Assembly (NCBI GenBank): GCA_963666835.2
Contig: CAXXGO010000006.1
Location: forward strand, 832,001-896,000
Direction: 5' to 3'
Source: Phycisphaerae bacterium
Lineage (GTDB): Bacteria; Planctomycetota; Phycisphaerae; UBA1845
Length of the DNA: 64,000 nucleotides
The notes under the pieces were generated by a model that saw nothing but the letters and a program-made list of their open reading frames with translations, was not told the origin of the DNA and did not search any database. Below are positions 50,559 through 60,138 of the stretch, in pieces. Position 1 is the stretch's first letter. Each line of letters opens with the position of its first letter. The position numbers and the translations under genes were made by a program.

Positions 50559-51575
50559 TCAGGCGGAGGGGTGGGCGTCGAGATCGAGCGGGGAGACCTG
50601 TCCGGCTTCGAGCAGGTGGTATCCCAAAGCTGCGATCATGGCGGCGTTGTCCGTGCAGTAGGCTAACCGGGCCGCGTGGATGTTCAGGTTGCGGTGCTCG
50701 CACTCCTGCGTAAGTGACGTACGCAAGGCACTGTTGGCCGCAACACCCCCGCCCAGCACAACCGTAGACAGGCCGGTTTGAGCGACCGCCAACATCGTCT
50801 TGCGGACCAGCACGTCCACCACCGCCTGTTGAAACGAAGCGGCGATGTCGGACAGCTCGCCGGCCGAGAGCTTCTCCAATCCGCCGCTGGTCTTTCCGTG
50901 ACCGTGGACGTGGTAGAGCACGGCCGTCTTGATCCCGGAGAAGGAGAAATCCAACGAGCCGTGGGCCAGCATGGTACGCGGGAAGTTCACGGCTGCCGGG
51001 TCACCGCCGCGGGCGGCGGCTTCAATCTGGGGACCGCCGGGATAGGCGAGCCCCAAGATAGCCGCGACCTTGTCAAAAGCCTCCCCGGCCGCGTCGTCCG
51101 TGGTAGATCCGATCGTTTCGATCTGTGTGGGGCTGTCGATGCGGAAGAGCGACGTGTGCCCGCCGGATACGATCAGTCCGACGGCGGGCCACGGTGGTTC
51201 GTCCAGTTCGATGGCGGCGCTGTAGGCGTGGGCGTGAATGTGGTTCACGGCGACCAACGGCTTTCCCCAGGCCCAGGAGAGCGTCTTGGCCCCGGTGACG
51301 CCGATCAGAAGCGCTCCCACCAATCCCGGCCGGTTCGTTACGGCAATGGCGTCGAGGTCGTTGCCGGCGCAGCCCGCGTCGGACAGAGCCTCTTCGATTA
51401 CCGCGTCGAGCTGTTCGAGATGCGCCCGCGAGGCGATTTCCGGCACGACGCCGCCGTACTTGCGGTGCAAATCAACCTGCGACGCAACGACGCTACTGCG
51501 CACATCTTTGGCGTCGACCACGACTGCGGCCGAGGTCTCATCGCAAGAGGTCTCGATTCCGAGAATCACAGTCAT
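50559..51575 (-). CDS. tsaD: tRNA threonylcarbamoyltransferase
   Basis: GIETSCDET, GGVVPEIASRAH, VSGGHT, DDAAGEAFDK and CTDNAAMI motifs. Confidence 0.97.
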   Translation of the reverse strand: MTVILGIETSCDETSAAVVVDAKDVRSSVVASQVDLHRKYGGVVPEIASRAHLEQLDAVIEEALSDAGCAGNDLDAIAVTNRPGLVGALLIGVTGAKTLSWAWGKPLVAVNHIHAHAYSAAIELDEPPWPAVGLIVSGGHTSLFRIDSPTQIETIGSTTDDAAGEAFDKVAAILGLAYPGGPQIEAAARGGDPAAVNFPRTMLAHGSLDFSFSGIKTAVLYHVHGHGKTSGGLEKLSAGELSDIAASFQQAVVDVLVRKTMLAVAQTGLSTVVLGGGVAANSALRTSLTQECEHRNLNIHAARLAYCTDNAAMIAALGYHLLEAGQVSPLDLDAHPSA

Positions 51576-51826
51576 ACCGCGTCTGTCTCTCTATCCTCTA
51601 CCGGTTTCGCTCGTCCGGCCGCGCCTCGTTCGAGGTCGTCGGTTCCGCGGCGTCCGTACCGGCATTCGACCTTTCAACCCTACCGCACCGATCGGCGGAA
51701 GTCCACAAACGCGGCTCTTCACCAGTACCGCGTGTCATTGAAGAAGACGGGCGGGATCGGCCGAAGCCGATCCCGCCCGCGATTGCCAAGCCCTGACGGT
51801 TACGCCTGTCGGGTCCGGGATACGTG

Positions 51827-53425
51827 CTATTTGCATACTCCTTTGAAGCACCGGTTCGAGCAGCATTCGTCGTTCGACGAACACGATTCGCCGCGCGAGA
51901 GGCACGACGTGCATCCGGGGATCGGGGTGTACACGCACCCACTCACGGAATCGCACGTGTCCGTTGTGCATTCGTCGCCGTCGTTGCAGGTGATCGGATC
52001 GTTGACACACGTGCCGCCCGAGCAGCTATCGGTAGTGCAGGCGTCCGCGTCGTCGCAGTCCATCGGGGTGTTCACGCACAGGCCCGCGTCACACGTATCG
52101 ATCGTGCAGGAGTCTCCGTCAGCGCACTGCGAATCAAGGCTACACGTGAATGAACAGTCGATGGCACAGTTGACTTCGTCTTCAGTCCCTTCGCAGACGG
52201 CATCACCGCAGCACGAGCCGACCGCCGGCTCAGTGGTGCAGGTGTTGCCGCTCGCGGTGCAGCGCGCATCGCCGCAGCCGACCGGGTTCGTGCCGGCGCC
52301 GTCACCGCAGCAGTACCGGCCGCTGGGCTTGCCGCCCTGGTTCCCATTGCAGTCGGCCGGGCACGACAGGCAATCCTCCCCGTCGCCGATCTCGCACACG
52401 CCGTTACCACAGCTTGCTCCGCTGCCGGCAAAGCAGTCGGTGGGGCAGTTGTTGCAGTCTTCTCCGACTTCGCAGGTCCCGTCGGAGTCACAGTCACCCG
52501 TTCCCATGCAGACCAGTTGCAGGCCGCAATCCATGAGGTCGTCGCAGTCGGTGTAGCCGTCGCAGTCCTCGTCGATACCGTCATCACAGACCGACTCGTG
52601 CAGCGGTGGAGCCCCGCAATCCGTGAAGCAATCGCAGGCAATCTCACCCGGATCGCACACCAGGTCCCCGTCACAGACAACGTCCGCACAAAGCGGATCC
52701 GCCGAGCAATCCTGGTCGGTGCAATCCGGGAAGCCGTCACAGTCGTTGTCCTTGCCGTCGCCGCAGGTGGACTCGCTGACCGGAGGAGCTCCGCAATCGG
52801 CCGGACAGTTGCAGCCGTCTTCGCCGGCAAAGCACGTGCCGTTGCCGCACTGAATCGGTACTCCCGTCAACGTAACGGAATCGAAGAAGTGCGTCCGTTG
52901 CGTCTCCCAGACGATGTCGTAGCCGAACGCGACGTATACCGTGGTGAGAGAACTGACCGACAGGGTCCGCTGCATACTGAATGAATCCCAACCGTCCTCA
53001 GTGATGGCGTCGATGCGCTCTCCGTAGCTGGTCTGCGTAAAATCCGATTCCATGGTGGGCTCGTAGGGGCCGATGAACCCGATCGCGTACCACGACGTCA
53101 GGTCGTTATGGCCATCGGACCACAGGTGATAATTCAGCCCAATCGTCCACGTGCCGGCGGGGAGCTGCAGCTCACGCACCATGTAGACCTGGCCGTCGTC
53201 ATTCCTGCCGTCGGCCGTGAAATCAAGTGATGACAGACCATCCTGGGCCTGCTCCGTGGAGGGCCACACCGACCACGCGATGGGTGGATTGCCGATCCGA
53301 GCGCGCCAGGGCCCGAACCCGTCCTCAAAGGACTCGAAGATCGTGTCTGCGGTCGCTGGGGCCCCCGCCGTCAACAACCCGAACACAAACGCGATCGCGC
53401 AGATTGCTCGCATGCTTCTCAACAT
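51827..53425 (-). CDS. Secreted protein with a long Cys-rich repeat region
   Basis: Signal peptide; CGNGxC, CxDGxDxDCDGxxDC and CxDxDxCTxDxC repeats; C-terminal C-C-CC-C-C unit. Confidence 0.8.
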   Translation of the reverse strand: MLRSMRAICAIAFVFGLLTAGAPATADTIFESFEDGFGPWRARIGNPPIAWSVWPSTEQAQDGLSSLDFTADGRNDDGQVYMVRELQLPAGTWTIGLNYHLWSDGHNDLTSWYAIGFIGPYEPTMESDFTQTSYGERIDAITEDGWDSFSMQRTLSVSSLTTVYVAFGYDIVWETQRTHFFDSVTLTGVPIQCGNGTCFAGEDGCNCPADCGAPPVSESTCGDGKDNDCDGFPDCTDQDCSADPLCADVVCDGDLVCDPGEIACDCFTDCGAPPLHESVCDDGIDEDCDGYTDCDDLMDCGLQLVCMGTGDCDSDGTCEVGEDCNNCPTDCFAGSGASCGNGVCEIGDGEDCLSCPADCNGNQGGKPSGRYCCGDGAGTNPVGCGDARCTASGNTCTTEPAVGSCCGDAVCEGTEDEVNCAIDCSFTCSLDSQCADGDSCTIDTCDAGLCVNTPMDCDDADACTTDSCSGGTCVNDPITCNDGDECTTDTCDSVSGCVYTPIPGCTSCLSRGESCSSNDECCSNRCFKGVCK

Positions 53426-53992
53426 AAAACGCCTCCTTCGTGTGTACAGGCGGCACTTTCCGCCATCCGGAATTACCGTTCTCGCCGTTCGACCGACTCA
53501 ATGCCGCTCCCGGAAGGTGGCCGCGGATCTCAAGCTGCCGTTGGGCTGTGAGCAGTGTTGAACTCGCGGGATGCGAGGCACGGCTCAAGCGGTATCAGCA
53601 CACCCGTATCTGCGCACTACTTCCTCAGGATACGGCTCTAGAAAGGCGTCTGTCCCGATACGCACTTCCTGCGGCGCGGTCCAACACCGGTTACCGGCAC
53701 TGCGCCGCCTTCACAGAGACAAACCTACCGCCGGGTGCGATCCCCTGCATCCGCACCACATGGCCCTCCCCAGAAGCTGACGACCAGACGACGGCGACCC
53801 CGGTTCCTTAGTCTGCCGGAAACCGAGGGCATCGTATAATGCAACCAATCCCTCTATTAGGCAATCCGTATTCGGCGCCGGTTTTCGCTAATCGGGCACC
53901 GAAGAAGTCCCTCTCCAGGCGTTGGGGGGCACGGTTGCACGAATCGTCAGGCGGTCTATCATCGCGCAAGGTCAGGATGAGGACTAAAACAC

Positions 53993-54286
53993 ATGACATT
54001 TGACGAGTTACAGGCGATCATCGAGAAGATGTACAGTGACAAAGACAGAGCGCGGGGCACGCCGGCGACGTTTCTGTGGTTGACCGAGGAGATCGGCGAG
54101 CTGGCGTCCGCATTGCGCGAAGGCACTCACGCGGAGAAGTGCGCGGAGTTCGCCGACGTGATCGCCTGGCTGGTGACCCTGGCCAACATCAACAACGTGG
54201 ACCTGACCGAGGCACTCCACGCCAAGTACGGCAACGGCTGCCCGGGATGCGGGCATTTTGTTTGCGAGTGCGACTCCAAGCCCTGA
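53993..54286 (+). CDS. MazG-like nucleotide pyrophosphohydrolase
   Basis: WLTEEIGELA and EFADVIAWL; C-terminal CPGC...CEC. Confidence 0.88.
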   Translation: MTFDELQAIIEKMYSDKDRARGTPATFLWLTEEIGELASALREGTHAEKCAEFADVIAWLVTLANINNVDLTEALHAKYGNGCPGCGHFVCECDSKP

Positions 54287-54597
54287 TCGCCTCGCAAGAC
54301 CGCGTTTTGGTTCCTATAACCACCAACTGCAAATGCCGTCTGGGAAAGGCGTCTTTGTTGCGCGTGGTACTGCGTCGATGCTACTCTCGCCGGCACTACG
54401 CTCGCACTCAGACTGTGATTGAGGCGATGTGCTGATGACGCCGAAACCCCGGATTTTCTTGAGTTCGGATGCTCCTCCAGCTATTATTGGTATTCATTAA
54501 GAGCAGGTACGCGGGGCGTCTTGGGTCGGTTTTCGCCAATCCGAACGGGGTGTCTCTGCAAATACGTTTTTGATGCAAGCAGCATGGAGTGCTGGTG

Positions 54598-57069
54598 ATG
54601 AATGACTATCCATTCCGGGTCGCCCGCCGGTTTCAGCGGGCCGGTTCGCTCGGAGTTGCCGTGGCCTTCGGTATCGTGACCCTTGGCGGGGTAGGCGCGG
54701 CACACGCGGCCGATCGCATGGTGTTATGCGAGGAATTCACGAACCAATATTGAGCGGCGTGCTCTTACGCGGGTCCCGCGTTAGGCTACCTCGTCGACAT
54801 CTACCCTGAGTCGTTCGCGTTCGTACAGTATCACATGTTCGACGACTACGATGACCCGTGGAGCGATGGTCGGTGGTCGTATTTCGGCGCCGAGCACACT
54901 CCGACGACCATCTTCGACGGGGTTGATTACGTCGAGGGCGGAATCAGCGATACTAACCAGCAGTATCACATCTTCCGAACCAACCACTTTCTCCCGCAGC
55001 GCGCGGTGCCGACGGATGTGACGCTCGAGCTGGCCGGTGAGTTCGTTACCGGGCAGACTTACCAGATCACGGCCACCGTGGGCATCGAGGCGGGGGGAAC
55101 GGGCAAGACCGTCCGGGTCTACATGGTGCAAGTTCTGGACCACTGGCCGGCGTCGCCGAGCTACTCGCGCAACACGTTCAAGCAAGCGGGCGACGTCAAA
55201 GAGATCACCCTCGCTCCCGGCGAGACCGATGCTGCGGTGGAGATGTTTACGTTCGACGCGGATAGCTGGGCGAATCAGGAGGAGATCCGGATCATCGCGT
55301 GGGCCCAGGCCGCGGAGGATGCCGGTCCGGTCGAAATGTACCAAGCCGCGGTTCTGAACTGGCCGCTGGTCTCCGCCCCCGGCGACGCCGACGGTGATGG
55401 CATTCTGGACGGGGCGGACAACTGCCCGCAGCACTACAACCCGACCCAGGACAACGGCGACACCGACGATTTCGGCGACGTGTGCGACAACTGCGATACG
55501 ACGGACAATGCGGACCAGGACGATGGTGACGACGACAGCGTCGGCGATGCCTGTGACAACTGTCCGGCACTACATCATCTCGATCAGGGCGATAACGACG
55601 GCGACGGGGTCGGTAATCCGTGCGACTGGTGCCCCGACGTTTCCGCTCCCGGCGGGGTGGACGAAGACGGGCGTTCCCTGGGAACGATCGACCTCGATTG
55701 CGACGTGGACGGCGACGACCTGGCCCTGTTCAACGGGTGTTTCACCGGTCCGGATATCACGGAACCGCCTCCGGGATGTGATCCGGCCGATTTCGCCCGG
55801 GCGGATCTCGACGGAGACATTGACGTCGACCTGGGCGACCGGGCGATCTTCGATCAGAACTACACCGGCCCGCTGGTCGGGCCGGCGTTGTACACCGGGT
55901 CCACCGCCTGTTCTACTTGCCACTCGACGAATCACACGGAATGGGCCGAGACCATCCACGCCACCGCGTTCGATACACTGGTAGCGAGCGGAGACGGAGA
56001 CAACCCCTTGTGCTTCCCGTGCCACACGGTGGGGTACGCGGAGGCGAGCGGTTTCGTCGACTTGGCCACCACACCGCAACTTGCGGACGTTCAATGTGAA
56101 AACTGCCATGGAGCCGGCAGCAACCACATCGCGTCTCCCGGCAGCGCGTCGATGACGATTGACCTGGCCTCGAACCTCTGCGGAGCGTGCCACCAGTCAT
56201 GCCACGGGTTGTGCGGGGACGATCACCATCCCCAGTTCGAACAATGGTCGGAGTCCAAGCACTCCACGGCGCTGAGCGACATTCAGTGGGAGCCCGGCAC
56301 GGTTGCAGAGTGCCTCGAATGTCACTCCACGGACTACCGCATGGCCCCCGCAGGGGATAAGCCCGGCCTGTTCGAAGTAGTGTTCGATCTAGAGTGCGTG
56401 GCCTGCCACGACGCTCACGGAGGGCCCAACGTCGGCCAGCTTCGCCTGCCGCCGCGGCAGTTGTGTGCCGAGTGCCACACCACCGGCGTGGTGGTGCCCG
56501 GCGAAGAGCCCGAGCAACCGCAACTCGAAGCCCTGCACGGGGAAGGCGGCTTCAAGCTGGACGGCACCTCGTTGAAAGGGCCTTATACCGAGCACTGGTG
56601 GGGAATCCCGACGGAATGCGCCGCCTGCCATGTGTTCGCCGAGCCCTACGGCGGGCCGGATCAGCCGGTCAACAGCGGGCACACCTTCGAAGCGAACCGG
56701 CGGGCTTGCGGCCCGTGCCACACGGAAGAATCCGCCAACGCCCTGCTGGGCATGTTGCAGGGAGAGATCTCGGCACGCCTGGCGGGCATCGCCCATTACT
56801 TCGATCCTGGTGATCCGCTGTATGTTGACCCGGCGACCCTGACCCCGGAGCAGTTGGCCCGGTACAACGTTGCCAAGTTCAACTACGAGTTCGTGATCGC
56901 GGACAGGTCCCACGGCGCGCACAATCCCGGCTACGCCCGGGCGTTGCTGGCCCAGACTGAGTTCTTTTTCGGGATCACACCCTGGTTGCTTCAACCGGGA
57001 GGAGACGATATTCCCGCGCCGGCCGACGGTGTTCTGGAGATTGCAGAAGGAGCGGAGGTGGGCCGATGA
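54598..57069 (+). CDS. Putative selenoprotein: UxxC thioredoxin-like (Omp28-type) domain, TSP3-type repeats, dockerin-like module and nonaheme cytochrome c
   Basis: GGAG then ATG 54598, signal peptide ending AHA, then RMVLCEEFTNQY-TGA(54751)-AAC, in frame with track ORF 54835..57069. Nine CxxCH motifs. Confidence 0.85.
54766..54783 (+). promoter_or_regulatory. Candidate bacterial SECIS hairpin
   Basis: ACGCGG-GTC-CCGCGT stem-loop; apical G about 20 nt after the in-frame UGA. Confidence 0.65.
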
Positions 57070-58058
57070 GGATCACTCGACGTGAGTTCCTGAAAGCGGC
57101 TGCGGCCATGGTCGCGGCGGGGAAGATGGCTCCCGTAGCATTCGCGAACCTGCAGGAGACTCTGCGGGGCGAAGGCGCGCCACGAGTCATCTGGCTGCAA
57201 GGGGCGGGTTGCGACGGATGTGCGATCTCGCTGTTGAATTCCGTGCATTACACGACGGTCGACGACCTGCTGGTCAACACGATCGATCTGGAGTTCCAAA
57301 ACAACCTCATGGCCGCGGCCGGTGATCTTGCGGTATCGATCGCGCAAGCCGCCGCCGCCGAGCCCGGCTATATCCTAATCGTTGAGGGGGCCGTCCCCAC
57401 CGGAGCGAGCGGCCAGTATTGCCGGCTGTGGTCGGGAATGACGATGCACAGTGCCCTGCTCGCGTACGGCCCGGACGCCGGCAGTATTATCGCGTTGGGG
57501 GCTTGCGCATCGTTCGGGGGGGTCTCGGGTGGGGCGCCGAACCCGACCGACGCCCAAGGTGTGGGCGACATCATCGGAGACGACCCGCGGTTGATTAACA
57601 TCCCAGGTTGTCCGGCCCACCCCGATTGGCTTGTGGGCACTCTGACGTACCTGCTGACCACGGGGCATACTCCGCCGTTGGATGAGTATCACCGGCCTTT
57701 GGAGTATTTCGGCAAGCGGATTCACGACAACTGCTTCAAGCGGCGCGAGTATTGCGGTACCGGGGTTTTTGCCTCCAACCTCAGCGAAGAGGGCTGCATG
57801 GAGTTCCTCGGCTGCAAGGGCAAGAAGACCTACGCTGATTGCCCGATCCGCAAGTGGAACAGCGGTGAAGAGGGCGGCAGCGGTGTGAACTGGTGCATCG
57901 GGGCGCGGAGTCCGTGTCTTGGTTGCGTGGAGCCCACTTTCCCGGACGGGATGTCTCCGTTCTACGTGTATTCGCCTACCCCGGAGAAACTCGAGGGGGG
58001 CGCCGGCTCCGAAACGCTGCAGACCAAACCGCAATCGATTGACAAGAAGCCGAGTTGA
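57066..58058 (+). CDS. [NiFe]-hydrogenase small subunit, Tat-exported (group 1a-like)
   Basis: TRREFLK Tat motif; CDGC, GACASFGG, PGCP, HDNC and WC...PCLGC. ATGA overlap with the cytochrome gene. Confidence 0.95.
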   Translation: MRITRREFLKAAAAMVAAGKMAPVAFANLQETLRGEGAPRVIWLQGAGCDGCAISLLNSVHYTTVDDLLVNTIDLEFQNNLMAAAGDLAVSIAQAAAAEPGYILIVEGAVPTGASGQYCRLWSGMTMHSALLAYGPDAGSIIALGACASFGGVSGGAPNPTDAQGVGDIIGDDPRLINIPGCPAHPDWLVGTLTYLLTTGHTPPLDEYHRPLEYFGKRIHDNCFKRREYCGTGVFASNLSEEGCMEFLGCKGKKTYADCPIRKWNSGEEGGSGVNWCIGARSPCLGCVEPTFPDGMSPFYVYSPTPEKLEGGAGSETLQTKPQSIDKKPS

Positions 58059-58106
58059 AACACCGGCTGGTGAGCTAAGAAGCCCTAGTCATTTGGGGAG
58101 AGATAT

Positions 58107-59555
58107 ATGGCGACGACGATCACAATTGACCCGGTAACCCGCATTGAGGGCCACCTCGAGATCGAAGTGACCGTCGATCTGGTCGGCGGTGACCAGCAGG
58201 TCATCTCCGCCAAGAGCGTGGGGAAGATGTTCCGCGGGTTCGAGATGATCCTGGCCGGTCGGGACCCGCGCGATGCCGCGCAATACACCCAACGCATTTG
58301 CGGAGTGTGTCCGGTGTCTCATGCGATGGCCTCGACCAGGACGCTGGACAACGCCTTTGGGGTCACTCCCCCGGACAACGGCCGGATCGTGCGCAACTTG
58401 ATCCTCGGGGCGAACTTCATCCAATCCCACGTGTTACACTTCTACCACCTTTCGGCGGTAGACTTCATTGATACGACGGGACTGCTGGATCTTTCGCCGT
58501 GGGCTCCGCGCTACGTCACTGCGGACATGGCGACCGGGGCTACGGCCGGCACGCTGGTGAACAACTACCTCGCGGCACTTGCTATCCGACGTAAGGCGCA
58601 TCAGATGGGGGCTATTTTCGGAGGCAAGCTCCCGTGTACCGGTTCTTTTGTGGTCGGTGGGGTCACTGAAGTAGTCAGCGCGGAGAAGATCGCCGAGTTT
58701 AGGAGTCTCCTGACGGAAATTCGCAGCTTCATCGATAACGTGTATATAGCGGATGCCACGACGGTGGCAGGTCTGTTCCCGGATTACTACTCGCTTGGTG
58801 TCGGAAACGGCAATCTGCTTGCCTATGGCGCTTTCGACCTTAACTCCGCGGGCACCAGCAGACTCTTCGCAAGCGGGCGGCGTACGGACGGCTCGGCGCA
58901 AGCGATGGACCCGGCCGACATAACCGAACGGGTAACGTATTCGTGGTATACGCCGGCCTGCGACGACCTTAACCCCGCCGCCGGCGCGACGGAGCCGGAC
59001 GCCGCCAAGCCCGGGGCCTATTCCTGGATGAAGGCCCCGCGCTATCTGAATAAGGCGCACGAACTGGGACCGCTGGCGCGGATGTGGATCAACGGGTATT
59101 ACACCAACGGCGTATCCGTGCTCGATCGGATCGTAGCCCGGGCGCAGGAGGCGAAGCTGATTGCCGATACGATGGACGGCTGGCTGGATCAACTGGTTCC
59201 GGGCGATCCGGTTTATCAGTCCAGTTCGATTCCAACTACCGCCAGTGGAGTGGGGCTGACGGAGGCGCCTCGCGGAGCGCTGGGGCATTGGATGGACATC
59301 GATAGCTCGGTGATTTTGCGTTATCAAGTGGTTACGCCGACCAATTGGAATGCCTCGCCGCTGGACCATCTGAATCAACCGGGTCCGATCGAAGCGGCGC
59401 TGGTGGGTACTCCCGTTGCGGATATGAGCCAGCCGATCGAGGTTCTGCGCGTGGTTCACTCCTTCGACCCGTGCCTGGCTTGTGCGGTCCACATGGTCCG
59501 GCCGGACGATCGATCGAAGGGTTCGAGAATAGTGATTCAGCCGGGTATCGCCTGA
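58107..59555 (+). CDS. [NiFe]-hydrogenase large subunit
   Basis: DPVTRIEGH, RICGVC, EAPRGAL and DPCLACAVH (TGC, so Cys) followed by a cleavable tail. Confidence 0.96.
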   Translation: MATTITIDPVTRIEGHLEIEVTVDLVGGDQQVISAKSVGKMFRGFEMILAGRDPRDAAQYTQRICGVCPVSHAMASTRTLDNAFGVTPPDNGRIVRNLILGANFIQSHVLHFYHLSAVDFIDTTGLLDLSPWAPRYVTADMATGATAGTLVNNYLAALAIRRKAHQMGAIFGGKLPCTGSFVVGGVTEVVSAEKIAEFRSLLTEIRSFIDNVYIADATTVAGLFPDYYSLGVGNGNLLAYGAFDLNSAGTSRLFASGRRTDGSAQAMDPADITERVTYSWYTPACDDLNPAAGATEPDAAKPGAYSWMKAPRYLNKAHELGPLARMWINGYYTNGVSVLDRIVARAQEAKLIADTMDGWLDQLVPGDPVYQSSSIPTTASGVGLTEAPRGALGHWMDIDSSVILRYQVVTPTNWNASPLDHLNQPGPIEAALVGTPVADMSQPIEVLRVVHSFDPCLACAVHMVRPDDRSKGSRIVIQPGIA

Positions 59556-59592
59556 CCGGGTCGGCCGGCTGATGGTGTAGGTTCTAACTGAC

Positions 59593-60138
59593 ATGATCTT
59601 GCCACCACGACAAACCGAACGCGCCCGCGTGGAGAAGTGTCCGGTCCTCATTCTGGGCGTGGGCAACATCCTGATGCGCGACGAGGGCGTGGGCGTGCGG
59701 GTAATAGAGGCGATGGGAGAACGCCCGATCCCGCCCGGCGTCGAGTTGTTCGACGGTGCCACGGCCGGGATCGATCTGCTCGATGCCCTGGCCGATCGGC
59801 GCAAGGTCATCGTGATCGATGCGATGGACGGACATTGCGAGCCGGGCACCGTACTGCGGCTGTGTCCGGAGGATCTGACTCCCAGCCCCGGGCAGAGCGT
59901 CTCGTTGCACGAGGTCGGCTTCCTGGAAACTCTGACAATTGCCGGGCGGCTTGGCGCCGCTCCGGAGGAAGTGGTTATCTACGGCGTCCAACCCCAAGTG
60001 GTGGAGTGCGGATTGGATCTGTCCCCCGAGATCTCGCGGTTGGTCCCGCGGATCATCGAGCTGGTGATGGCGGATGTGGATAGTGGCGTGTGCGGCTCCG
60101 TTCCGCGGCAAGAGCCGGAAAGAGAAAGCTCATTATGA
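59593..60138 (+). CDS. Hydrogenase maturation protease (HyaD/HybD family)
   Basis: LGVGNILMRDEGVG, VIDA and SLHE motifs. Confidence 0.95.
   Translation: MILPPRQTERARVEKCPVLILGVGNILMRDEGVGVRVIEAMGERPIPPGVELFDGATAGIDLLDALADRRKVIVIDAMDGHCEPGTVLRLCPEDLTPSPGQSVSLHEVGFLETLTIAGRLGAAPEEVVIYGVQPQVVECGLDLSPEISRLVPRIIELVMADVDSGVCGSVPRQEPERESSL

Noticed and set aside
50778..52556. Long shadow ORFs (also 1683..2615, 48622..49908, 58434..59849)
   Set aside because: They are antisense to well-supported genes, as expected in GC-rich DNA, and have no recognisable motifs.
54835..57069. Track start at 54835 as the true start
   Set aside because: It lacks a signal peptide and starts mid-domain. The upstream in-frame start via UGA fits better.
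58107..59555. [NiFeSe]-hydrogenase large subunit
   Set aside because: The DPxxxC position is TGC (Cys) and the ORF has no internal UGA.
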